Below, piece by piece: positions 50,510-64,000 of a stretch of 64,000 nt of DNA. Source of the DNA: Cenococcum geophilum (taxonomy: Eukaryota). The stretch lies in NCBI GenBank assembly GCA_050273025.1, contig CP158635.1:29760001-29824000 (forward strand), read 5' to 3'. How positions within the stretch are numbered: the first letter of the stretch is position 1; each line of letters starts with the position of its first letter. The position numbers and the translations under genes were made by a program. Under the pieces are notes generated by a model, which saw only the letters and a list, made by a program, of their open reading frames with translations, was not told the origin of the DNA and did not search any database.

Positions 50510-53500
50510 ATTACCTGACCTTTTCTCTTCTAATACTCCTATACCTTTCCTATAGCGTTTTTTAGATTCTCTAGTGGTTCCTAGGTAGTCTTAGTGTAGC
50601 CTATTCACTTAACCTTATACTATATTTCATTGTCAATGTCCTTATAATTAACGATTTTTAAAACTTACTATTTATCTTCTTCCTATCCTTTATACGTGTC
50701 TGCTTTGTAAACTAGTAGCTTAATATTCCCATATACTGGCTCTAGCATTATAATATGCTGTATAGGGTAGATCTTTATTTTAGCTGGTAGGTTTAACTTA
50801 AATATAACCTGTAAAATCCTCTATATAATTTCAAAAGGTCCTAATCTAACGTGGTTTAACTTCTTACTTAGTCGTTAACTCTTAAAATTTTTATGTAGTA
50901 GCTATACTTTATCCCCCTCCTTAAGATCTGGTCCCTTAGATCTCTTAGCGTCATAGTACCTTTTCATTCTTTGCTGTACTACCTTAGCTGTTTCTATAAG
51001 GTTTATATAAAGATTTATTAAAGTCTCCATTCTTTGCTTAGCTTTACTACTCGTTTTCTTTACTTAGCGTGGCGATAATAATATTCTTAGCTTATATCTA
51101 TAATTCGCCTTAAATAGTAACGTACCTATTCCTTCTTGTAGTGTTGTATTATATATAAACTATATAACTAGTAATAGTAATACCCAATTGTTCTATGCGT
51201 GATTAATATAATGCCTTAGATACTACTCTAGTGTCTAATTTAATTTTTCCGTTTAACCGTCTGTCTGTAGATAATATACAGTAGAAGTTACTGCTTAAAC
51301 TCCTTATTCCGCCAAGAATACCTCCTAGAATGCTGCTACGAATCTTAGATCTCTATCCAATATAATTTTACTTAGTGCTCTATATTTTACAAACACTTCT
51401 TTAATATAGATTTTAGCGATATCTTTCGCTAAGATTTCTTCCGTATAGGCTATAAAGTATCCCCACTTCGTAAGCTTGTTTACTATTACTAAGATTACGT
51501 CATAATCTTGTCCGGTAATAGGATCTCTTAATTTTAGTAACTTAATAATAAAGTCCTATAATATAACCTCCTATAGTCTTTCTAGTATTTTAATAGGTTA
51601 TAGCCCTCCATATAGCTTATGCCTTATTAGTTTATTTCTTTAGCAATCTAAACACTCCTTAGTGACCTTCCTAGCTATCCTCCAGATTCTGTTAATAATG
51701 TACTCCTCCTAGAGTTTTAATACTAAGCCCATAGCTCCGTTATATCCTTAAGTTAGTCCCTTATAGAAGTCCTCCATAAACTGCTCTGCTATACTTCTTA
51801 GGATATACTTTACTTTTTAGTTTTTATATATATCTAACTATAGGTCTTCTAGCTATGCTTCTAGAATTCTTTATACCTAAAAGCTTTCTAGTGTCTTATA
51901 GACTTTCCCTAACTTATTTTCTTAAGTTACTATAATTTTTAGATAATTATATCTAATTAGTCTATCTGTATCCTTTTATAGTAAAGCCCTTAATAGCTTA
52001 TTATTATTTTATAGTTTAGCCCTTTAACTTAACGCATCAGCTTATATATTGTCTATACCCTTAGTATACTAAATCTTAAAATAGTATTCTGTAAGTATCT
52101 CTGCCTATCTAACCTATCTTTAGTTAAGTTCCTTTATTATTAGGAATCCTATTAGATTTTTATAATCCATCTTAACTATAAATAGTTTCTTTATACCTTA
52201 CAAGAATGCTCTTTATTTCTTTAGTACTATAACTATACCTAACAACTCCTTATTATAGATGTTATAGTTCAGTTCTAGTAGTGTTATCTTTCGACTATAA
52301 TATGCCACTAGATGCTATCTATCTAGATACTTTTATATAAAATATACTCCTAGTGCAAAGTCTAATGCATCTGTTTTTATAACCGTTTCTAGTCCTAGTT
52401 AATAGATCTTAAGAACTGGCTCCTGGGTAAACAACTCTTTAACTTTTTTAAAGAGTTCTCGCTGTTCCTCTCCCCATGCCTATAGTTCTTCTTTCTTCGT
52501 TAATCGTGTAAATAGTTTAATATCTTTTAACTATTGCGCTATAAACCTTCTGTAGTAGTTGTAAAACCCTAAAAATAATCTTAACTGCGTAACGTTCTCT
52601 AGTTCTTGCTAATTTACTATAGCCTTAATCTTCTTTAGGTCTATGCTAAGTTGGCCTAGTTTAATAATAAATCTAACAAAATTGGTCTTCCTGGTAAAGA
52701 ACTCGTATTTCTTAATTGCTACTAGTATCTGTTCGTCCTATAGTCTCTTTAAGACCTATTTAACGTGTTCTCTATGCTCTTCCTTATTTATTAAGTAGAT
52801 AATAATATTATTAAGGTATACTATAACAAATTTATCTAAATATTCTCCTAATATATTGTTAATACGCTTCTAAAACGTTGCTAGTGCGTTTATAAGCCTA
52901 AATTGCATAACTAATAGTTTATATAGTCCTTCCTTTAACCTAAAGGCTGCCTTCTATTTATCGCCTTTCTTAATCCTAATCTAATGGTACGCCCATCTTA
53001 GATCTATCTTCGTAAAGATTTGCGCATTGCCTATCCTATCTTAGATTTCGCTAATAAAGGGTAAAGGATACCTATCCTTCCTAGTAATACTGTTTAACTA
53101 TCTATAGTTAATGCACAGCCTTAGTTTACCATTCTTCTTTAGTACGAACAGTACTGGATATCCTGCTAATGACTGCGATAGTTGGATATATCCCTTTTAT
53201 AAGTTTTCTTAGACAAACTTTTTAAGTGCTCTACCTTCTTCTTTGGTAAGCTTATAGATTGGAAAGAACCTTAAACTTATTCCTAGTTCTAATTCTATTT
53301 TATAGTCCCATGCTATATACTTTAACAGCTTTTCACTCTCTAGTAACCATAACTTTTTGCCATATTTATGGTATCTCTTTAGTATATAACTTAATCCTTA
53401 ATTAGTCTCTTTATATGTCGCTCCAACTTAGTACTATACCATCTTAGTTTGTTATTATATCTTACAGCGTTATATATTTCTAATATTAACCCAACCTATA

Positions 53501-56500
53501 ACCTAATCAATCTTTAGATTATATTCCTATAACTAAGGCATTCCTAATACTGCCTTATTATTCCCCAATAGTAATATATCGAAAGACATCTTAACCTATC
53601 TTCCTTTAATAGTTAGCTGAATAGGTCCTATTTTAAGATTAATAATACCTCCTCCGTAGGCTATTGGATCTCCTAAAATCGTTACTAATAGGTAAGGATA
53701 TTCCTTCTGTCTGTGTAGTAATCCTATTCTTTTAACTGCTGCTAGTAAGATGTGGTTCCTTATTGCTCCACTATCTATTAGCGCCTTAAACTGTTAATCC
53801 TACCATTTAATTCTTAGATTTAGGTATTGTCCTTAAATTCCTTTAAGGGTTTAAGGCTCTACTACTGGTTCCCTCTAGTTCTATGGGCCTCCACTTTTCC
53901 TAACTGCTGGCTACTAGATCCTATTTGTATTTAGTCCGACTTAGGCTAATACTTAGTTTGCTTTTTATCTTTAATATACTATAGATAGGTGTTCTCTGGA
54001 TATTCCTACTATTATTATCTATCTAGGCATTCTTCTATAAGGAATCTTCCTAGTTAAAGTATTAAGTCCCCTTGTTCTTAAACTTCTACTAGGTGCTAAC
54101 TATGTATATACTTAGCGTTTCGATACTTTGCCTTATCCGTCATCTAATATATCCTTATTAGATACTTTTAATTTTTGTCCTTTGGTGTTCTATATATGTT
54201 GCACATATTATCCACGCATGCTATCTATAATAGTGTATAATATGCTTAGTGTCTTAGGTTAACTCTTAGCTCATCTTCGTTCTTAAGTTTAAACCTTTCT
54301 TATATTAATCTGAGCGTTGCGACTTTGTTTATAGGTACTAAGATACGCCTTTTATTTCTCTAGTCCTCTAATTACTCCTTTAGATCTTTTAATATTATAA
54401 TTAAGGCTCCCTTAATATGGGTTATAGCCTTTTCTATAATTAGGTAGTCTTGGACAACTTTTTCGTCCAGCTATATATAGAAATCTTCTCACTTATTATT
54501 GTGTCGTTGCCTATACTACTTTTAGTATAGTTGCTTAAGCGTATATAGTTCGTTTATAAGAAAATATCTTTTTATTACTGCGTTGTGACAGCCTTTAGTA
54601 TATCATTCTTTAAACCTAGTAGGAATTCCTAGATCCTCTTCTTATTCCAGTTTGGTAAGCCACTTAGCTCTTAGTGTGCCTGTTTTAGGCCTATTAGTAA
54701 CTCTTTATACTGGCGCTCTATCCCTTATACGTCCCAATATACTAGATCTCTTGTCTAGTTTCTGTTCTTACTATGAGGTAATTCTTGCCCTAAATTCCTC
54801 TATGGTTTCTTTTACGTCGCGTCTTATAAGTAGATCCTTAAAGTCTTCGTGCTTCTTGATCTTAATATCGGCTTTTCGATCTTTAGGCTAAACGCTGTGT
54901 TCCCCTAGTAAGTCTTCTAGGTCTATGTATCTGTCTCCTAGTCTAATTACTGTTTGCGCTGCAGATTCTCTAATCTATAAAGAAGCTCCTTGCCTCTTAC
55001 TTATAGGTGTCTTAATTCGTACTCCGAATTCTTAATTCCTTAGATTCTTTAATCCTAAGCTTGCTTCTAACTTAAGCTTAGCTCCAGCCTTAGTCTAACT
55101 AGGCTTTATTAGTGTCCTTATCTTATCTTAAGAGTTCTAAATCTTACTCATCTTGTCTTAAAAATCTTGTACTGTTAGGAATTCTTATCCCGAGCTTATT
55201 CGTATATCTTTAAACTAAGCTGCTACTCTGCTCTATTGGTTTCTGTCTATTATAGGTCTTTAAGCGTGCCTTATCTTATCTTAAGAATCTTAAGCCTTTG
55301 GCCTTTTGCCTTTATTGAGTAGTAAGCTAGCACTAGCAGTTATCTGCTTGCTTAATCGTCTTTAGATATTACTCCTTCCGTCTTATAAAGCGATGGATAC
55401 CGTATCTAATGGTGTTATAATACCCATTACTAAACCATGCTCTATAGCGGTCTTAGTCTCTACTTCTATTACGTTATTAAGGTTTAGATACCCCCAGTTA
55501 GTTCCTTTACTATCCTCGTTGCTGTTAATTAATAAGTACTCTAACTCCATTATTATTGTTACTAATTATTGTCTGTATATTACTATAATATCTTAATCTA
55601 GCTTATAAAGTCGATCTTATTCTTCGTCTAACTCTTAAGTCCCTTTAAGTCCTTTTAACTCTAGTTCTTGTGGCCAATAGCTTGCACCGTACTTGGCGTC
55701 TTTATAAATTTAGCATACGTTATTATAATAAAACGCGAAACTTCTAATTAAACACTCTTTTGTTCCTCGCAGTATACTGTCGTCCCTTTATATATATATA
55801 TTATGTGCTGTTAGTCTAGTTCCCTTTATTATATAGTAACTCTAACCATCTTTATAATCCCTTACAAAGTAACCTTGTTTCCCGTAATTTATATAAGCTC
55901 TATTTCTAAACTATTAACTCTATTATAGAGTCCGCCTAAACGTCTTCTACTAATAAGATCCCTGGTTTAGCCTCTACTCCCTAGTCCTATAATCACTAGA
56001 TCCTTAACCTCTAGGTTTTTATAGTTTCTTACTCTATCTCTTATGGGCTTCTTTGGTACTACTTAGGTCTATTAGCTCTGCGCTATACCATAGTTTCTAA
56101 CTTGGCTTTGGTTGTTGCGTATTTTACGCCTTATACGACTATAGAACTCTATCCTAGCCTCTCTTAGCCTGTTCCCTTTAGAAGATCCTATTATTGATCT
56201 TAATTACTTAATTTATTAATTCCTTTAGGGTGTCCGTATCTTCCATTAGAATAATTACGTCTTAGACTTTAGCCTTAAGTCCTTATTTGTACTGTGCTAT
56301 AAGCGCCTTATTGTTCTATTTAACCTATATCGCAAGTATTTAAAACTACGTCGTGTACTTAATTACTAAAGTTTGCTATATTAGGTTCTAAAGCTTCCTT
56401 TTTACTATAGTTGTTGCTTCCGGGTCCCTAAATATCTATATTAATCATTCCGCGAATCCTACCTAGCTAAAAAACACAAATCGTACCTCTTAATTAGTAG

Positions 56501-56901
56501 TAGTTATTCCGTTAGTCTATATCTCTATTAAGTAGGGTTTAAACCATTTAAGTGCCTAACCCGTTAGGAATAGTCCTGCGTAGGCTATCTAATCTATTAT
56601 TGTAGCTAACTTGGCCCCTTCTTGCATAACTTTAAAATGCATTTGCGTTAGAAATCCTTTAAGCTTTAATCTCTCTCCTAAGAATCGTTTAATTAATGGT
56701 AACTTAACCTTTGCTGCTCCAATTCCATTAAGTCTATTTTTAAGTGTTATATTGTTTTCTATTAATCGATCCACTATTTCTTATAATTGTCCTACTGTTA
56801 CAGGTTATTGCGAGTCAGTATCCGCTATACTAGTGTCACCCCCTAACCTTAAAGTAGTTGCCGCCATCGATAGCGTTGTGGTGGCTGCTTTTGGTGGCAT
56901 A
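50510..56901 (-). pseudogene. G4-C gag-pol, RIP stops
   Basis: ATG at ~56901 (MPPKAATT), then gag, a long linker, PR, RT, RH, IN and chromodomain. Confidence 0.9.
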
Positions 56902-59900
56902 TTGTTTAACTCCTATATTTGTTACCGTAACTAGGTAGTAATTATATAACGGAACCTTGTAGTAGGAACTACGATGGGCTTATTATTGGGCTAGGTATAT
57001 AGGTAAAGCAAATTAAGTCAACAACGTAATAATAACTGGTGGAGTAGTTGCCTAATAGATTAACTCTAATTATATTCTAAGAATTACTATAAGGAAGGAA
57101 CTATCTAGGTAGGGACTAAGGGTCCTTAAATACACAACCGTACTCCTATAAAATCCTTCTTATATGTAATGTACGTCTTATATATAAGGTACGTGAGTTC
57201 CCTTCGTTCCTCTCATTCCTCTCGTAGCACCTTATGTGACCTTAGCTACTATTCCTTATTATATGGTTCCACGGGTTCCATCCTGGACCGTGCTTATATT
57301 AACCAACTAGCTTCTTCCGACTCCTCTCTAAGTAGTCATAACATTGTACTTAAAGCGTCCGTAACAGTATCCCTACTTTATAAGCTTATCTACTATTACT
57401 AAGATTACGTTATAATTTTATCCAGTAATAGGATCTCTTAACTTTAGTAACTTAATAATAAAGTCCTATAATATAACCTCTTATAGTCTCTCTAGTATTT
57501 TAATAGGTTATAGCTCTCTATATAGCTTATACCTTATTAGTTTATTCCTTTAATAATCTAGATATTCTTTTATAACTTACCTAGCTAGTCCCTAAATTCT
57601 ATTAATAATATATTCCTTTTAAAGTCTTAACACTAAGCCTATAGCTCCATTATATCCTTAAGTTAATCCCTTATAAAATAACTTAATAAACTCTTTTATA
57701 ATAGATCTTGGTATATATATTACTTCTTAATTTTTATACTACTCTAAGTCTAGATCCTCTACCTATACATCTTAGATCTTTTATATTTAATTACTCTCTA
57801 ATAATTTATAGATCTGTTCTTCTTATATTACTATAATTTTTAGATAATTATACCTAATTAATCTATTTATATCTTTTCGCAATAAAGCCCCTAATAGCTT
57901 TTTATTATTTTATAGTTTAGTCTTTCTACTTAAAGCGTCTACTCGTATATTTTCTATACCCTTAGTATACTAAATTTTAAAATAATATTCTGTAAGTATC
58001 TCTGCCTACCTAACTTATCTATAATTAAGTTCTTTTGTTATTAGGAACCCTATTAGGTTCTTATAATCCATCTTAACTATAAATAGTTTTTCTATACCTT
58101 ATAAAAATAACCTTTATTTTTTTAGTACTATAACTATACCTAACAACTCCTTATTATAGATGTTATAGTTTAGTTCTAGTGGTATTATCTTTTAACTATA
58201 GTATACTACTAGGTGCTATCTATCTTAATATTTCTATAGGAAGTACACTCCTAGTGTATAGTCTAATGCATCCGTTTTAACCACTATTTCTAACTATAGT
58301 TAATAGATTTTAAGAACTGGCTCCTAGGTAAACAACTACTTAATTTTCTTAAACAGTTCCTTTTATTCTTCTCCCTATACCTATAGTTCTTCCTTCTTTA
58401 TTAATCTTGTAAGTAGCTTAATATTCTTTAACTATTAAGCTATAAACCTTCTATAGTAATTACAGAACCCTAAAAATAACCTTAACTGCGTTATATTTTC
58501 TAGTTCTTACCAATTTACTATAGCCTTAATCTTCTTTAGATCTATACTAAGTTAGCCTAGTTTAATAATAAATCTAATAAAATCTATCTTCTTGGTAAAG
58601 AATTTATATTTCTTAATTACTACTAGTATTTATTCTTCTTATAGTCTCTTTAAGACCTATTTAACGTGTTCTCTATATTCTTCCTTACTTATTAAGTAGA
58701 TAATAATATTATTAAGGTATACTATAACAAATTCATCTAAGTATTCTCTTAATATATTATTAATACGCTTCTAAAACGTTGCTAGTGCGTTTATAAGCCT
58801 AAATTGCATAACTAGTGGTTTATATAGTCCTTCCTTTAACCTAAAGGCTGCCTTTTATTTATCGCCTTCCTTAATTCTAATTTAGTAGTATGCCCATCTT
58901 AGATCTATCTTTATAAAGATTTACGCATTATTAATTCTATCTTAAATTTCGCTAATTAAGGGTAAAGAATACCTATCCTTTCTAGTGATGCTATTTAACT
59001 ATTTATAGTTAATATATAGCCTAAGTTTTCTATTCTTCTTTAGTACGAATAGTACTAGATATTCTACTAATAACTGCAATAGTCTAATATATCCCTTTTA
59101 AAGATTTTTCTAGACAAACTCCTTAAGTGCCTATAACTTTTTTTCTATTAACTTGTAAGTTAGGTAGAACCTTAAACTTATTTCTAGTTCTAGCTCTATT
59201 TTATAGTCCTATACTATATAATTTAACAGCTTTTTACTTTCTAGTAACTATAGCTTTTTGCTATATTTATAGTATCTCTTTAGTATATAACTTAATCCTT
59301 AATTAGTCTCCTTATATATTACTCCAACCTAGTACTATACTAACTTAGTTTATTATCGCATCTTATATTATTATATATCTCTAATATTAACCTAACCTAT
59401 AACCTAATTAATCTTTAGATTATATTCCTATAACTAAGGCATTCCTAATACTGCCTTATTATTCCCTAATAGTAATATATTAAAAGATATCTTAACTTAT
59501 CTCCCTTTAATGGTTATCTAAATTGGTCCTATTTTAAGGTTAATAATACCTTCTCCATAGGCTATTAGATCTCCTAAAATTATTACTAATAGATAAGGGT
59601 ACTCCTTTTGCCTATATAGTAGTCCTATTCTTTTAACTACTACTAGTAAAATATAGTTTCTTATTACTCTACTATTAACTAATGCTTTAAACTGCTAATC
59701 TTACTATTTAATTTTTAGGTTTAGGTATTATCCTTAAATTCCTTTAAGGGTCTAAGGCTCTACTACTAGCTCCCTCTAGTCCTATAGGCCTCTACTTTTC
59801 CTAACTATTAGCTGTTTAATCCTATTATACTTAGCTTACTCTTTAGCTAATACCTAGTTTACTTTTTATCTTTAATATACTATAAATAGGTATTCTTTAG

Positions 59901-62900
59901 ATATTTCTACTATTATTATCTATCTAAGCATTTTTCTATAAGGAATCTTCCTAGTTAAAGTATTAAATCTTCTTTCTCTTAGACTTCTGCTAAATGCTAT
60001 CTATATATATATTTAGCATTTCTATACTATTATTTATCTATTATCTAGTATATCCTTATAGGGTATTTCCGGTTCTTTTCTTTTGGATTCTTATATATTT
60101 TATATATATTGTCTATATATGCAATCTATAATAGCATATAGTATACTAGGTGCTTTAGGTTAACCCTTAGCTTATCTTTATCCTTAAGTTTAAACCTTTA
60201 TCGCACTAATCTAAACGTTATAACTTTATTTATAGGTACTAAGACGCGCCTTTTATTTCTCTAGTCCTCTAATTATTCCTCTAGATTCTTTAATATTATA
60301 ATTAAGACTTCCTTAATATAATTTATTACTTTTTCCGTAATTAGGTGGTCTTAGATAACTTTCTTATTTAACTATATATAGAAATCTTCCTACTCGTTAT
60401 TATGTCGTTGCCTATACTACTTTAGTATAGCTGTTAAAGTATATACGGTCTATCCGTAAGGAAGTATCTCCTTATTACTATATTATAATAGCCTTTTATA
60501 TATTGTTCTTTAAACCTAGTAGGAATCCCTAGATCCTCTTCATTTTCTAATTTAGTAAGCCACTTAGTTCTTAGTGTGCCTATTCTTAGCCTATTAGTAA
60601 TTCTTTATACTAGTGCTCTGTCCTTTATACATCCTAATATGCTAAATCTCTTATCTAGTTTCTTTTCTTACTATAAGGTAATTCTTGCCCTAAATTTCTC
60701 TATAGTTTTTTTCTTTTCGCGTCTTATAAGTAGATCCTTAAAGTCTTTTTACTTTTTAATCTTGGTATTAAACTCTTAATTTTTAGTCTAAATATCTTGT
60801 TTAACTAGTAAGTCCTTTAGGTCTATATATCTATCTCCTAATCTAACTGCTGTTTATATTATAGATTCTCTAATCTATAGCGAAGCCGCTTACTTCTTAC
60901 TTATGGGTGTCCTTATTTATACTCCAAACTCTTAACCCCTTAGATTCTTTAATCCTAAGCTTACTTCTAACTTAAGCTTAGCTCTAGCCTTAGTCCAACT
61001 AGGCTTTACTAGTGTTCTTATCTTATCTTAAGAGTTTTAAATCTTACTTATCTTATTTTAAGAATCTTATGCTATTAGGAACACTTATCCTAAGCTTATT
61101 TATATATTCTTAAACTAAGCTACTACCCTACTTTATTAGTTTGCGTCTATTATAGGTCCTTAAGTATACCTTATCTTTTCTTAAGAATTTTAGTTGTCCC
61201 CTACCTCACCCCAAGAATCCCAAGCCCCCAGCCTTTTACCTTTATTAAGTGGTAAGCTAGCACTAGTAGTTATCTACTTACTTAATTGTCTCTAAATATT
61301 ACTCCTTTTATCTTATAAAGCGATAGATACTATATCTAACGGTATTATAATACCCATTACTAAACCTTACTCTATAGCGGTCTTAGTCTCTACTTCTATT
61401 ACATTATTAAGGTTTAGATACCCCTAGTTAGTTTCTTTACTATCCTTATTACTATTAATTAATAAGTACTCTAACTTTATTATTATTATTGCTAATTATT
61501 ATCTGTATATTACTATAATATTTTAATTTAGCTTATAGAGTCGATCTTATTCTTTATCTAACTCTTTAGTTCCTTTAAATCCTCTTAACTCTGGCTCTTA
61601 TAGCCAATAGCTTGCACTATACTTAGTATCTTTATAAATTTAGTATATATTATTATAATAAAACGCAAAACTTTTAATTAAATATTTTTTTATTCCTTAT
61701 AGTATACTATTATCCCTTTATATATATATGTTACATACTACTAGTCTAGTTCCCTTTACTATATAATAACTCTAACTACTTTTATAGTCTCTAGCGAAAT
61801 AACCCTATTTTCTATAATTTATATAAGCTCTATCTTTAAACTATTACTTTTACTATAAAGTCCGCTTAAATATCTTCTGCTACTAAAATCCTTAGTTTAG
61901 CCTATACTCTTTAGTCCTATAATTACTTAATCCTTAACCTCTAGGTTTCTATAGTTTCTTACTCTATCTTTTATAGGTTTCTCTAGTACCACTTAGGTCT
62001 ATTAGCTTTGCGCTATATTATAATTTCTAATTTAACTTTAGTTATTGCGTACTCTACGTCTTATATAACTATAGAACTCTATTTTAGCCTCTCTTAGCCT
62101 ATTCCCTTTAGAAGATCCTATTATTAATCTTAATCACTTAATCTATTAATTCCCTTAGGGTGTCCGCATCTTCTATTAGAATAATTACGTTCTAAACTTT
62201 AGCCTTAAGTCCCTGTTTATACTGTGCTATAAGCGCCTTATTATTCTATTTAACCTATATAGCAAGTATTTAAAACTATATTATATACTTAATTACTAAA
62301 GTTTACTATATTAGGTCCTAAAGCTTTCTCTTTATTATAGTTATTACTTCCAGGTCCCTAAATATCTATATTAATTATTCCGCGAATCCTACCTAGCTAA
62401 AAAACATAAATTATACCTCTTAATTAGTAGTAGTTATTCTATTAGTCTATATTTCCGTTAAGTAGGGTTTAAACTATTTAAGTGCCTAACCTAATAGGAA
62501 TAGTCCTATATAGGCTACCTAATCTATTATTATAGCTAACTTAGCCCCTTCCTATATAACTTTAAAATGTATTTATATTAGGAATCCTTTAAGCTTTAAT
62601 CTTTTACCTAAGAATTGTTTAATTAAAAGTAACTTAACCTTTACTGCTCCGATCCCATTAAGTCTTTCTTTAAATATTTAGTTATTCTTATTTAACCTAT
62701 TAATAATTTCCTATAACTATCCAACCGTAACTAGTTATAAGTTAGTATCTTATATACTTATATCTCCACTTAACCTTAAAGTAGTTACTGCCGTTAATAG
62801 CATTATGGTAGCTACTTTTAGTGGCATATTATTTAACTTCTTAAAACTGTAACTGTGGTAGTAATTATATAATAGAGCCTTATAGCAAGAACTACGATAG

Positions 62901-64000
62901 ACTTATTAATAGGCTAGGTATATAGGTATTACCGGAAGTTAATAACGTAATAATAACTAGTGGAGTAGTTGCCTAATAGATTAACTCTAATTATATTCTA
63001 AGAATTACTATAAGGAAGGAACTATCTAGGTAGGGACTACAGGTCCTTAAATACACAACTATACTCCTATAAAATCCTCCTTATACGTGATATACGTATT
63101 ATACATATTATACGTATTGTATACCGCATACACTGCGTATACTGCGTATAACATTATATAACTCGCTTACCATTCTTCGTTATATGGTTCCACGGGTTCC
63201 ATCCTAAACCGTGCTTATATTAACTAACTAGCTTCTTCCAACTCTTCTCCAAGTAGTCGTAACATCGTACTTAAAGCGTTTATAATATCTAAGATTCTAA
63301 AGAAAGGATAAGGATAGCTTAAGGACCTATAACGGACGAAAACCGATAGAATAGAGCAATAGCTTAGTTTAAAGATATAAAAATAAGCTTGGGATAAGAG
63401 TTCCTAATGGCACAAGACTCTTAAAACGAGATAAGTGAGATTTAAGATTCTTAAGACGAGATAAGAACACCCTAAAAGCCTAGTTAGACTAAGGCTAGAG
63501 CGCAGCTTAAGAGAGAAGTAAGCTTAGGATTAAGGATCCTAGGGAACTAAGAATTTAAAAAACAAATAAAGGCACCCATAGGCAGGGAGTAAGAGACTCC
63601 GTTATGGATTAGAGAATCCGCAATATAAACAGTAGTTAGGCTAGGAGACAAATATATAGACCTAGAGGACTTACTAGGGGAACGTAGTATTTAGCCTAAA
63701 GATTAAAAAGTTAATACTAAGATTAAGAAGTAAGATAACTTTAAGGATCCGCTTATAAGACGCGAACGAAAAGAAACTATAGATAAATTTAAAGCAAGAA
63801 TTACCGCATAGTAAGAATAGAAACTAGATAAGAGATTTAGTATATTAGGACGTATAAGGGATAGAGCGCTAGTATAAAAAATTACTAATAGGTCAAGAAC
63901 AGGCACACTAAGGGCTAAGTGGCTTACTAAACTAGAATAAGAAGAGGATCTAGGGATTTTAACTAGATTTAAGGAACGATATATAAAAGGCTATCACAAT

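Larger units (their letters stand above)
49374..57366 (-). mobile_element. Ty3/gypsy G4 copy C, full length (7993 bp), inserted in the integrase of copy B
   Basis: 422-bp LTRs at 49374-49795 and 56945-57366. TSD GTATC. Protease ALIDSGA at ~53765-53785. RT VYLNNII at ~52800-52825. Chromodomain YKVK*IGY..TT*EPLENL at ~50560-50620. Confidence 0.96.
47267..63287 (-). mobile_element. Ty3/gypsy G4 copy B (~8.0 kb without copy C), inserted in the gag of copy A
   Basis: 420-bp LTRs at 47267-47686 and 62868-63287. TSD TCTAA at 47262-47266 and 63288-63292. Minus-strand PPT GGAGGGAGATGA. RT VYLNNII at ~58700-58725. Chromodomain at ~48480-48590. Confidence 0.95.
45171..64000 (+). mobile_element. Ty3/gypsy family G4, copy A: 5' LTR and gag, interrupted by copy B, runs off the window end
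   Basis: LTR at 45171-45588. Gag ATG at 45629. Zn knuckle CINCGKLG at ~46630. Sequence resumes at 63293 after the TCTAA TSD. Confidence 0.9.

Noticed and set aside
54652..63906. Three similar short ORFs (54652, 60576, 63703) as a gene family
   Set aside because: The same antisense frame of the gag linker in three G4 copies.

Overview
AT-rich, RIP-mutated heterochromatic block from a filamentous ascomycete. TpA is in strong excess, CpA/TpG are depleted, and LTR pairs differ almost only by transitions. About 85% of the window is nested LTR retrotransposons: four Ty3/gypsy chromovirus families, two Ty1/copia families and one non-autonomous LTR element. Six insertions could be resolved by their 5-bp target-site duplications (TSDs). 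The only intact gene is a 153-aa secreted protein with 12 Cys (43876-44337), a candidate effector in a short island that escaped RIP. Other structures: (i) a 2.3-kb TA-flanked terminal-inverted-repeat (TIR) element built from five minisatellite arrays; (ii) antisense, intron-containing Zn2Cys6-like ORF relics in the 3' regions of three gypsy families; (iii) a hairpin-rich 3'-UTR module shared by a gypsy and a copia element; (iv) a RIPed cassette with a nuclease/kinase-like gene and a MADS-box-like gene, whose ~420-bp upstream block recurs inverted just downstream of the effector. Protein readings of RIPed DNA are manual translations with inferred C>T/G>A reversions. No database search was run.
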